Virus record (IMG/VR): IMGVR_UViG_3300027734_000072
Span: 1-61,013 of that record
Length of the DNA stretch: 61,013 bases
Strand: one strand, 5' to 3'
Source: a virus
Taxonomy: Duplodnaviria; Caudoviricetes
Shown here: positions 29,201 to 37,065 of the stretch, one piece after another
Layout of the letters: every line of letters starts with the position of its first letter
Numbering within the stretch: the first letter of the stretch is position 1
Translations under genes and position numbers: made by a program
The notes under the pieces: model-generated
What the model saw: the letters and a program-made list of their open reading frames with translations, nothing else
What the model was told of the DNA's origin: nothing
Databases searched by the model: none

Positions 29201-30193
29201 ATATCAACTACTGATTTTGTTCCAACTGGTACTGATATTCGTTATAACTATCAAACCACTTTAACAAGTGATTATTCTGTGACAGATCCAGTTCCTTGCA
29301 CTCCAGGTAAATATGGTACTCCTTTACAGGAAAATATTTTCTTGAATGATGGTAAAGGTGAAAGAATTTTGTTGAATGAATCTGAAGCTTCTTTTGGTCT
29401 ATTAGCAACACTTACTTCAACAGATAAGTATGTTAGCCCAATTATTTCTGATGATGCTGTTAGCTTGTTTAAAGTAATTAATCATATCAACAATATGGGT
29501 CTTGAAGGTAGTAACATTATTAGCATTGTAAATGAAGGTGCAAATTATAATGTAAATACAACTACTATTTCTGTTAGCGCACCAGATATTGGTTCAGATG
29601 ATGCTGTATTAGGATTTACGGCCAATACTACAACTGGTGGAATTGAAAATATCTTCATTGAATACCCTGGTTCTGGTTACCTCACCACGCCAACAATTAC
29701 AATTACCGATGAATCCGAAAGTGGTTCTGGTGCAACTGCAACTGTTTACGGTGAAACATCTTCATCGGGTGGTAATGGTTTTGCTAAGTACTTTACTAAG
29801 AAAGTAATTCTTACACCAGGAAATGATTCTGGTGATTTGAAGGTATACTATAGCGCATACAAACCTTTAGGTTCTGAAGTTTATATCTACTACAGAATTC
29901 TAAATGCTAATGATACTGAACTGTTAGAAAACCAAAATTGGCAGTTGATGACTCCAGCAACAAATGTTTCTGCCTATTCTAAAGATAGATTGGATATTAT
30001 TGAATTTGAATGTGCTCCTGGAGTGTATGGTAACACACCTGACGATGGTATTACATACACCAATCAAGCAGGCACAACCTATTCAACCTTCATTCAATTT
30101 GGAATTAAAGTTGTTATGGCATCTAGTGACAAGACCAATGTTCCGTTTTTGACAGACATTCGAGCAATCGCATTACCATCTGGAGCAGCTTAA
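23213..30193 (+). CDS. Large virion structural protein (DUF4815/VrlC-like)
   Basis: YNVTPYFDDFD, LFKPG-VQARELTQ-Q, APGADRYKI, GIAYVRGY, LEYYT-L-LLE, RFKNG-VD-F; follows gp8. Confidence 0.78.
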   Translation: MKNYNVTPYFDDFDPNKNYHRVLFKPGQAVQARELTQSQTILQNQISEFASSIFSQNTPISGGRITTNLSCEHIKLNLFYENSAILVTDFEDKTITDSTGTITARVIAVATETGNSITAGDPPTLIVSYISGKKFSDATTIYIKEGFATIPKATSIGISGGTTSIGKSAVASISEGVFYVLNGNNDVPSATAGVSATQYSIGNFVKVLPQTIIIEKYDNTPTGRVGLNIVETTVTSSDDLSLLDPATTSSNYQAPGADRYKIALELVSISLAPGNDDNFIELTRIEDGTILKQTDNTVYSSINDYFAKRDYESNGDYIVEDFKLIASANTASPDTYNLTIGKGIAYVRGYRIENTGPLKLITNRARTTDTIPNNSVYVDYGNYFAVSKLESMFDTTTMPAIDLHCVPSETVDRTTALKYNSTRIGTAYIRQLDYQNNTNPANTQTQVFNAHVFDVNVLTFTGNTTSATSTTLTINDAGGVFARANTAYVGSKLIITGGTNIADVKTISAYDGVAKKLTVSSPFNITPDNTTKFAIDFDISDIDCLYQISGSVPYTKEAAANIDNSGRVNGAGSAALLQSAGNSELLFKNGYKYSASVNNSNYFSTQIFRNVGFSAVTNSFTITSLDPIQFEGPLNTPITGESFRQLFTLVNRANGAILNFTDATVGYATKTSPTTVTFTSSTFSSITYGIDVVASMSVSNGNNTNLVLKDKNLVVGNTAYIGALTTVTGNTKIDLAFGQTFIPNAAITSSDISLYVSDVKKVTQILEITSNAPTGALGSYNDIINSFAINDGQTDNYYNHASIKLLPGIPKPKGNLLVIYDFYSHSGGDGYFSVNSYLNSTKPEVYPEIPTYTAKSGVKYELRDVIDFRPSRRSGVATFEWEYKTLTNSNNVNIKGTLIPKVLSSVVSDYSYYLARKDKLALTKDGKFLIVEGTPALNPLYPTEPDGSIILANLSLDPYTSYVPGEGPAKSRSVPTNLSINKVYHKRWAKSDITDLQKQVDNLEYYTTLNLLEQKASSQQVPDANGLNRFKNGILVDDFSSFSVADTNAPNYAANISIRKGQLSALNDISNFQLQNPNAMKSLGTVRNTNTYSTWSLAGARTNIFTLPYTIKPLIKQQLASNIISVNPFNIATYEGVATLNPPIDNWVNTVKPPSITINDPKMQFDQQNNGINILNGGDFQSIPGTTTTYSDTQAQQSTAYASQTQGLLSGEKSSAAASGMAADNGYVNNTAVSPFIRPQEIIVRAKGMTVNTPISCYFDGVNVNKYMTIPNTIEVINVTGKFKQDDIIGFYATNIGIFYPIARVVSVYKYPNTSNYRLYVSETTNPPNAVATTRLINATFDINGNYVSSSATGTVVFKNGSLTSIHMSGDVSGVGGGFTTASEPTPQNIFKSPYINGFSAYANKYTAWGDQNNGSTYNAAFNWAAPATGTYTISAWCTGYASVSLGSGIGIITLSYYGQTGTTTVSLTKGQTYYPQWNAVNQGSISGIGVVITDAAGTIVWNNLTPNGLNFNAVGTEYAMPGGGSYYIGTTKVKLSQAASQTNEFYTGSTIAIRSSYVYEYKYGATYVPPYPYAGGDGDWVHYGWWQELAAQWNAAYNTAVAYRNSTIKFLAIDEFEADIIAYDGATRTATLDPKDQKISISLGTNSQYGTLNSKYTIKGTIGSIADAIQDGTSPPTLSTDERGQFVALFNCPGSVFNSGSKLFRIDNRSVPEEPATATTWAQAIFLAGGLQGTNITNFSPSIDSSAGKITPIAQQVYSVQNISGSQDPVAQSIIVSKDNYPNGVFLSSIKLFFAPFATTPDVPVTVSIANTLNGVPNGAILDYSTVSLDADEVNTSASPHYLDPKTYTEFTFSAPVYLQPGVLYAVLVKAASSDYKLYYGQQNQVAIPSTGKALPTDANPTNPTKIGAAPYIGALFESQNSITWTADQTKQMMFVINNYEFDITQSPTLPFVVPKGLPLRKLGSNELMNRIDANAVNTLVGGGGAQTGPMHAFNISTTDFVPTGTDIRYNYQTTLTSDYSVTDPVPCTPGKYGTPLQENIFLNDGKGERILLNESEASFGLLATLTSTDKYVSPIISDDAVSLFKVINHINNMGLEGSNIISIVNEGANYNVNTTTISVSAPDIGSDDAVLGFTANTTTGGIENIFIEYPGSGYLTTPTITITDESESGSGATATVYGETSSSGGNGFAKYFTKKVILTPGNDSGDLKVYYSAYKPLGSEVYIYYRILNANDTELLENQNWQLMTPATNVSAYSKDRLDIIEFECAPGVYGNTPDDGITYTNQAGTTYSTFIQFGIKVVMASSDKTNVPFLTDIRAIALPSGAA

Positions 30194-30194
30194 T

Positions 30195-30416
30195 ATGAGT
30201 TTAGTTAAAGTTAATAACACTAATTTTGTTAGAGATACTGAAAGTATGGCCATTATCAATGTTGATAATAATGCCAAAAACGAGTATTATGAGAAGGTTC
30301 GTCTGGCCAAGTCACAAAAAGAACAGATAAATAAGATGAACGCTGATATATCCGATTTACGCAATGATATTGGCCAAATCAAACAATTAATTCAACTTTT
30401 GGTTAATAAACAATAA
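30195..30416 (+). CDS. Small coiled-coil hypothetical protein
   Basis: RD-S-AIIN motif plus heptad C-terminus, typical after DUF4815 genes. Confidence 0.7.
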   Translation: MSLVKVNNTNFVRDTESMAIINVDNNAKNEYYEKVRLAKSQKEQINKMNADISDLRNDIGQIKQLIQLLVNKQ

Positions 30417-30796
30417 TGGCAAATACTGTTACAATTTTAAGCTATGCCAACACCTTTGGCGAGTGGATGGTTAACACCAATCAACTTGCTAGAGAAATTA
30501 ACGATTTGGCCGCAGGCACTTATACTAAAAACACAGGTTTATTAGTATTAAATAGTTCCAATACAAGTTTACAAGTATCTAATACTGCCTTGTTTACTGG
30601 CAATATCAGACTTACTGGTTCAGGAACAGCTTTAACCACCACAAATGATATACAAGTTGGTCGAAATATCAATATTGTTAATACAGTAACCACAGCAAAT
30701 TTGGTTGTAACAGAATCTCTTGGTGGTACAGCTGTTATTTTATTCAGACAGAGAATATTAGATGAAGCAATGGCAATGTCTATTGCTTTGAGTTAA
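30416..30796 (+). CDS. Virion fibre-base protein
   Basis: NTFGEW-TN N-terminus; ends AMAMSIALS. Confidence 0.6.
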   Translation: MANTVTILSYANTFGEWMVNTNQLAREINDLAAGTYTKNTGLLVLNSSNTSLQVSNTALFTGNIRLTGSGTALTTTNDIQVGRNINIVNTVTTANLVVTESLGGTAVILFRQRILDEAMAMSIALS

Positions 30797-30811
30797 TCAT
30801 AGGAAAACTAA

Positions 30812-31144
30812 ATGGCAAATACTTTTAAATCTTATCCCGCAAGTCAAGTTTCAACAACTGGTGGATTGATCTATACTACACCTTACTTAACTCAAACAGT
30901 TGGTGTTGGTATGGTTATTTCTAACACAGCAAGAGCACCATACTCTGCCAATGTTGAAATTCAACGCAATTCAAATACTTACTACATTGTTGCTAATGCG
31001 ACAATTCCTGTTGGCGGTTCTTTAATCGTTACTGGACTTGATCAAAAACTGATCATGCAAGCCAATGATCGTATTATTGTTACCCCATCTGCAAACAATT
31101 GTTGTGATGTGTGGCTTTCAATAATGGAAGTTGTACCAACGTAA
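30812..31144 (+). CDS. Small virion adaptor protein (MANTFK type)
   Basis: AGGA SD; beta-rich 110 aa; similar size and character to 52516..52845. Confidence 0.6.
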   Translation: MANTFKSYPASQVSTTGGLIYTTPYLTQTVGVGMVISNTARAPYSANVEIQRNSNTYYIVANATIPVGGSLIVTGLDQKLIMQANDRIIVTPSANNCCDVWLSIMEVVPT

Positions 31145-31167
31145 CATCATTTTAAAGGAATTATATT

Positions 31168-32580
31168 TTGGGCTACCTTGGAAATTCAAATGTAGAATCA
31201 TGGTCAACACCTAGTATAGAATACTTCTCTGGTGATGGATCAACTACAACTTTTAAATTAACAAAAGTTATAAATTCTTTTTACGAATTATGGGTTGTTG
31301 TGGAAAACGTTCTTCAACATCCTGATGAATCATATACATGGGATTATACAACCAATTCTATTATTTTCTATGAAGCCCCACAAACTGGTGTTGATAACAT
31401 CTATCTGAGATTTAATTCTCGTCAAACAACAATTATTGCTCCTGGTCAAGGTACTGTTACAGATGCTTCACTATCAGTTGGTGCACCAAAATGGAATCCA
31501 GCAGGTAATTTAACTGTTGCGGGTACAATGCAAGTTGCAGCCAATTTAACGGCAAATAATATTACTTCAAATAATACTATTACTGCTGCCAATGTTTCAG
31601 CTACCTATTTTACTGGTAATGGTGCATTAATTACAAATTTGAATGGTGCTAGTATTGCTACGGGTCAAATTCCTGTAGCAAGAATGGGTACAGGCACACC
31701 AAGTTCTGCAAATTATCTTCGTGGTGATGGCGCTTGGGGTGCAGTAGCAACATCTGTTAGAACTACAGTTGGTTTTACTCCAACCACATTAACCACAGGT
31801 TCAATTACGATTTCGGGTACTTTGGCTACGGCCAACGGCGGTACAAATTTAACTTCTTTTACGGCCAATGGTGCAGTTTTTGCAACTGATACTGCAACTC
31901 TGACAACAGGAACTTTACCTGTTAATGCTGGAGGTACAGGTTCAACAACACTCACGGCAAACAACGTATTGATTGGTAATTCAGCAAGCGCAATTAAATC
32001 TGTTGCGCCAGGAACAGCAAACAACATTTTAGTATCTGACGGAACAAATTGGGTTTCTGGAAGTGCTACATCATTTGGAATTGGTGTTTCGGGTGGTGGT
32101 GGCCGTGGTACAATTTATACTGCCAATGGAACATTTACTGTGCCTCTAGGTATCAGTCAAGTTAAAGTTACTGTTATCGGTGGTGGCGGCGGTTTTATGA
32201 TTTCTCCAAATTTACAATATGGTGGTAATGGTGGTCCAGGTGGTACAGCAATAAAATATGTGACCGGTTTAACGGCAGGTCAAACTATTGCTGTAACTGT
32301 TGGAACAAAAGGTGCGTCAGCAAATGCTTATACCGGCGCTGCTGGTTCAGGTAGTCCATCATCATTTGGTGCATATGCAGTTGCTACTGGCGGTAGCGGT
32401 TCTTATTATGACATTTATGGTGTTAACAATGATGGTGAACCTGGTTTAGGAACTACAGGTGATTTTAGTTTGACCGGTACAAGATTGAATCCTATCAACA
32501 CATCATATTACTATGGACAAGGCGACATTAGAGGGTTGACATCATCTATACCTAATGGTGTGGTGTTAGTCGAATACTAG
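31168..32580 (+). CDS. Tail fibre-like protein with Gly-rich C-terminal domain
   Basis: TTG start; GDGSTT-F module, GGTG repeats, FTVP-G...VIGGGGG domain. Confidence 0.7.
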   Translation: MGYLGNSNVESWSTPSIEYFSGDGSTTTFKLTKVINSFYELWVVVENVLQHPDESYTWDYTTNSIIFYEAPQTGVDNIYLRFNSRQTTIIAPGQGTVTDASLSVGAPKWNPAGNLTVAGTMQVAANLTANNITSNNTITAANVSATYFTGNGALITNLNGASIATGQIPVARMGTGTPSSANYLRGDGAWGAVATSVRTTVGFTPTTLTTGSITISGTLATANGGTNLTSFTANGAVFATDTATLTTGTLPVNAGGTGSTTLTANNVLIGNSASAIKSVAPGTANNILVSDGTNWVSGSATSFGIGVSGGGGRGTIYTANGTFTVPLGISQVKVTVIGGGGGFMISPNLQYGGNGGPGGTAIKYVTGLTAGQTIAVTVGTKGASANAYTGAAGSGSPSSFGAYAVATGGSGSYYDIYGVNNDGEPGLGTTGDFSLTGTRLNPINTSYYYGQGDIRGLTSSIPNGVVLVEY

Positions 32581-32581
32581 A

Positions 32582-33523
32582 ATGGTAAAAAGATTATCAA
32601 GAATTTCTGCCAATGCCATATCAATTGGTCCTGCTAATACTACAACGGCAAATATAGTTACCAAAAATGATTTAGGTTTAGCAATCTATGACGCCAATAC
32701 ATTTACATCGACAAATGGATGGATAACACTTCAAGCCAACTCAGCATCTTGGGGTCCAAGTTTAAATCTCGTATCAACATCCGCTAGTAATACAACAATT
32801 AGTGGTAATGTGGTATTTACTCAAAGCGTAGAGGTCAATACAAAAGGTACTACTGCAAATAGTGCGTTACGATTAACTGATATTGCCTCACTAGGTGCAG
32901 ACTTTCTTATCACAACTATTGGTTCTTTAGATTTACAGTTCACAACAGTAAATTCTTATGCCGCTTCGGTTGATGCTTCTGGCACTCCGTCATACATTAC
33001 AAATTTTTCAAACGCACAATATAGCCCTCCTTTAGTTTCGGGTATAGGTACTACAAATCAAACGGTTGCTCCTTATATTTTAGGTAATGCTTCTTCTCTA
33101 GGTACCGATTATACCGTTATTAATGCTCAATATGGTGCAGTTAGATCGGGCTTTAGCTATTCACATGTTAACGGTACAGTTACTATGGTGATTGATTTGG
33201 CAAATGCTTCAGGTTTACAAGACAATCAATATCTTCCAGGAACATCTCAAATTAATCCTGCTTGGAAAGGTAATTACAAATTTGATGCTTTTAGTTCTTT
33301 GTTTAAAATGAAAGAATATAACTTCTACGATTATTTTGGTGCGCAAGATACTTTTGAATATTCTGTAAATATGATTCCAAAGTCATTAGATTATACAAAT
33401 GCAAATTATGGAAAATATGATGTAAGCGCTGTATTGTGGGCTGCTCAGGCTTATCACTCCGCCAATCTAGGTGCTCGATGGATGGGAATCGCCACAAAGG
33501 TGAGAAACATCGTACAGGTCTAA
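32582..33523 (+). CDS. Hypothetical virion-type protein, paralog of 33614..34648
   Basis: Shares GSLD-QF, SGTP-YI-NF, YTVINAQY, AFSSLFK and NLG-RW. Confidence 0.7.
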   Translation: MVKRLSRISANAISIGPANTTTANIVTKNDLGLAIYDANTFTSTNGWITLQANSASWGPSLNLVSTSASNTTISGNVVFTQSVEVNTKGTTANSALRLTDIASLGADFLITTIGSLDLQFTTVNSYAASVDASGTPSYITNFSNAQYSPPLVSGIGTTNQTVAPYILGNASSLGTDYTVINAQYGAVRSGFSYSHVNGTVTMVIDLANASGLQDNQYLPGTSQINPAWKGNYKFDAFSSLFKMKEYNFYDYFGAQDTFEYSVNMIPKSLDYTNANYGKYDVSAVLWAAQAYHSANLGARWMGIATKVRNIVQV

Positions 33524-33613
33524 AAATGAAAATTTCGAATTTTTTCATTCCGGCCTCAAATTTCTCCGGCGAGTTTCCAAGAACCAAAAAAGCGAATTTA
33601 CTTTTAGGCGCAT

Positions 33614-34648
33614 ATGTTAACTCAAATTAAAGCCAATGGTACAACAATTGGACCATCTAGCACTAAAGGTTCACCAGAAGATGTAGTACCTCATTTAGAC
33701 TTAGGTACTAGTGCTTTAGATTCAATTTTATATTATTCTAATGAAGGTTTAATAAAACTTAAACCACCAGAAGAATGGGCAACTTCAGCTAATATTTGGT
33801 GTCCAACGATTGATGCTACTGTAGCCAGTCCTGTCATAATTAATGAGCAAGTTTATATTGATCCGAGTCAAGCTAGAACGGCAAATTCAATTGCCCCAGT
33901 ACAGGCATATTTGGATATTCCTACAACATTATTAGTTACGACTATGGGTTCCTTAGATGTGCAGTTTTCAATACAAAATAAATTTACTTCGGCAGTTGAT
34001 AGTTCTGGTACACCTAATTACATTTCAAACTTTGTTTGTAATTATTTTTCTGGAGCTCCATTAAATACTGGTTATTCTAGTACAACTAATGATAATTATA
34101 ATACTTTAGGTACTCCACAATCTGGACCACCATCTATTGTAGGAAATGCTTCAACTAAAGGTGTAAATTATACAGTTATTAATGCACAGTATAATAGGGA
34201 TCCATCCAACTATGACGATTCTGGTAATTTAATATCCAGTAATAATTTTCATCCACCTAGTGGTAGATTGACTTATACATCAGGTAGTGTTGCAGTTAAT
34301 GTTATGGGTATCATTACAATGGTGATTGATGCAGCTGTTGCATCGGGATTGGAAGATACTAAGTATATTGGTACATATATCAATCCAAAATGGAGAGGTA
34401 ATTTTAGATACACAGCATTCTCTTCACTATTTAAGATTAGAGAAGAACGGTTTTGGGATAGAGCATATCAACATAATAATTTTGCTCAAGAAATTCAAAT
34501 GACAGCGGTAACTACTGATCCAGATAATGCCAATTATGGTAAATTTAATGTGACCATTAAAGCTGAATCACCTTCATCGGTTCATGCAAAGAATTTAGGA
34601 TTTAGATGGTTAGTATCCATTGTAAAATATAGAAACTTTATTACTTAA
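33614..34648 (+). CDS. Hypothetical virion-type protein, paralog of 32582..33523
   Basis: Same motif series in the same order. Confidence 0.7.
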   Translation: MLTQIKANGTTIGPSSTKGSPEDVVPHLDLGTSALDSILYYSNEGLIKLKPPEEWATSANIWCPTIDATVASPVIINEQVYIDPSQARTANSIAPVQAYLDIPTTLLVTTMGSLDVQFSIQNKFTSAVDSSGTPNYISNFVCNYFSGAPLNTGYSSTTNDNYNTLGTPQSGPPSIVGNASTKGVNYTVINAQYNRDPSNYDDSGNLISSNNFHPPSGRLTYTSGSVAVNVMGIITMVIDAAVASGLEDTKYIGTYINPKWRGNFRYTAFSSLFKIREERFWDRAYQHNNFAQEIQMTAVTTDPDNANYGKFNVTIKAESPSSVHAKNLGFRWLVSIVKYRNFIT

Positions 34649-34664
34649 TTATTGAAAGTGTATT

Positions 34665-35654
34665 ATGAGAATGTTTTCGTTGCCGTACACAAAAGGTATG
34701 TTACAAGTACTTGAACAGTTACCTGTAAAACAAATTAGTGACGTTTATTTTTCTGATAACAGGTTTGGTTCAGCCAGAGCATTAAGTTTGGACGAAGAAC
34801 AACTGGCAGAATTGTATGAAATCAGAAACAAATATGGAATTAAGTTACACTATCTAATTAATGGTAACTATTATTCAAATGAATCTTATGAAAAGGTTCA
34901 TGAAATTGTTGATCATATGAAAGAAATGGATGTTGATATTCTAACCATGAATAACACTTATGTTATGAGAGATAGGCAGTTCATTGACATTATTAGAACC
35001 TGTACACCAAGAGGTATAGAGATTAAGAATAGTGTTAATAACTTACCTAGAACAGTAAAAGATATAGTGTTTTTGGTTGAAGTATTGGGTATACGCCATG
35101 TGGTGGTAGACAGGTCTTTAAACCGTAATTTGGATGAACTAAAGAAGATTAGAGAATATTGTAAAACACGAAATATAAATATTACAATGTTGGTAAATGA
35201 AGGTTGTATTGTTGATTGTATGTGGAAGAACTTTGATGACATGATGATTGCACAGACAAACGAGAAGTCCAACATGAAGGTTATTTCAATAGTACACAAC
35301 AGATTAGGTTGTGTAGATTACTTTGAAGAAAAACCGGGTGAGTATTTAAAGACGGCATTTACTTTACCGTCAGATTTAAATAAGTTTGATGGTTTGGTTG
35401 ACATTGTTAAACTTGCTGGTCGTGGAGTATCTATTGAGAAATGGTTGAGTATGTGTAAAGCATACATGTATGGAGATGGAAATGTTCCGTTGAAAGTTTT
35501 ATTTTCAACCAAACCACCTAATCAATTAATGAATGTTACTGTGAATGATTTAACTGATTTAAATTTTAATAAAATTACTAATAATTGTAAGAATGTTTGT
35601 GGTACCGAATGTACTCTCTGTGATGACATTACGAACAAACTTAAAAAGGCTTGA
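34665..35654 (+). CDS. U32 peptidase-family-like protein with Cys clusters (putative Fe-S enzyme)
   Basis: YLIN, DRSLNRN, VNEGC-x3-C, KLAGR, C-terminal CKNVCGTECTLC. Confidence 0.7.
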   Translation: MRMFSLPYTKGMLQVLEQLPVKQISDVYFSDNRFGSARALSLDEEQLAELYEIRNKYGIKLHYLINGNYYSNESYEKVHEIVDHMKEMDVDILTMNNTYVMRDRQFIDIIRTCTPRGIEIKNSVNNLPRTVKDIVFLVEVLGIRHVVVDRSLNRNLDELKKIREYCKTRNINITMLVNEGCIVDCMWKNFDDMMIAQTNEKSNMKVISIVHNRLGCVDYFEEKPGEYLKTAFTLPSDLNKFDGLVDIVKLAGRGVSIEKWLSMCKAYMYGDGNVPLKVLFSTKPPNQLMNVTVNDLTDLNFNKITNNCKNVCGTECTLCDDITNKLKKA

Positions 35655-35655
35655 T

Positions 35656-36321
35656 ATGTTAAACCAAAATGTTATTGAAACATCAACAAAATATGATGCA
35701 AATAAAGTATATGCTTTGTATGTAAACCCTGCCAACAGGCACATTACGGCTATGGTTGGGTTTGCTGTTGCAATTGAAAATTTAAATGATGGTAACAACT
35801 TTCTACATTATAATATAGATGACCTAACCGAACTAGAATATTATACTATTAGCCAAAGTATTTCTACAACCGATTCTGTAACTTTTTTAGGTGAAGATAA
35901 TCGAACCATTTCTGTTCGTAGATTAATGGTAGATTTAATGGATAATACCTTATTTGACGGCAAAACAGGAATGATTTTTGGTTTAAAAGAAACCATTAAT
36001 TTGAGAGTAAAATGTGTTGATGAAAATTTAAATCCAGCTTTTGATGTACAGAACATTGAAATAAAGAACATCAAAAAAGACCAAGTTCCTATGTCCTTGA
36101 ATGGAAACCAACCAGAAGTTCACAAAATTGTAATTGGAAACGGTTCAACCGTTCATTGTGAATTAATGGGTGAAGGAGTACATACAATTAAGATTAAAGC
36201 CAAGATACCAGAGATCGATTATCTTTGGTTAACTGTTTATCCACAAATGATAAGACCATCGGAAGAAGAATTGGAAAACATTAAGAATTGGTTGTTGGAA
36301 AATGCAGGACAACCAGCATAA
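35656..36321 (+). CDS. Hypothetical protein
   Basis: ATG 1 nt after the U32 stop; non-fibre composition. Confidence 0.65.
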   Translation: MLNQNVIETSTKYDANKVYALYVNPANRHITAMVGFAVAIENLNDGNNFLHYNIDDLTELEYYTISQSISTTDSVTFLGEDNRTISVRRLMVDLMDNTLFDGKTGMIFGLKETINLRVKCVDENLNPAFDVQNIEIKNIKKDQVPMSLNGNQPEVHKIVIGNGSTVHCELMGEGVHTIKIKAKIPEIDYLWLTVYPQMIRPSEEELENIKNWLLENAGQPA

Positions 36322-36324
36322 ATA
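36317..36324 (+). promoter_or_regulatory. Late promoter CATAAATA
   Basis: About 20 nt before the 36346 ATG. Confidence 0.6.
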
Positions 36325-36345
36325 TAAGATTAATAGGAAAAAGTA

Positions 36346-37047
36346 ATGACAAAAGCTGCCAATCTAGCCAATTTAGCCAGTAATACCAACTTTGGGGTGT
36401 TAAATATTAACCGTGGTGGTACTGGATTAAGTACTTTTACCGGTTCTGGTCTTTTGGTATATGAAGGTGGTGATTCTCTCAGTTTGTCGACTGCCAAAAC
36501 TGGCTATGGAGGAACGGGTCTGGCCTCGTTTAATATCGCTGGTGCTATGTATGCTGTCACTGCGAATACTTTAACGACCGGGACGCTTCCTGTACTATCT
36601 GGAGGTACTGGTACAACTACACTAGCAAACAATGCTTTGGTGGTGGGTCGTGGTGTTGATCCGGTATATACCATTTCTCCTGGTGTGGCAAACACCATGA
36701 TTATTTCGGATGGTACCAGATGGGTAACTAATACTTCTTCTCAAATTTTCTCTGGTGTAAATGCTCTCGGCGGTATACAACTTTGGTCTAATGTTACTGC
36801 TTCGAGAGCCATCAACACTTCATATACAAATTCAACAGGAAAACCAATTGTAGTTTCTGTTATTGTATCTGCCAATTCTAGCACGACACTCGCAGCAAAT
36901 GTTGGTACTATTAATATTGCCAACACAGCTCTTACCAATGCAATAAGGACAACAATACAAACAATTGTTCCTAATGGTAACACATATATGATTTTCACAC
37001 CAAACATTTCAGCAACTTCTGTCAGTTCTTGGGCAGAGTTGAGATAA
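36346..37047 (+). CDS. Tail fibre-like protein
   Basis: GGTG repeats; C-terminal SRA-NT-YTNSTGKPI-V domain ending WAELR. Confidence 0.7.
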   Translation: MTKAANLANLASNTNFGVLNINRGGTGLSTFTGSGLLVYEGGDSLSLSTAKTGYGGTGLASFNIAGAMYAVTANTLTTGTLPVLSGGTGTTTLANNALVVGRGVDPVYTISPGVANTMIISDGTRWVTNTSSQIFSGVNALGGIQLWSNVTASRAINTSYTNSTGKPIVVSVIVSANSSTTLAANVGTINIANTALTNAIRTTIQTIVPNGNTYMIFTPNISATSVSSWAELR

Positions 37048-37065
37048 TATACCAAAGGAAATATC

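Noticed and set aside
33303-33630. ORFs 33303..33587(-) and 33436..33630(+) spanning the odd intergenic element
   Set aside because: They overlap a better-supported gene, lack SDs and have atypical composition
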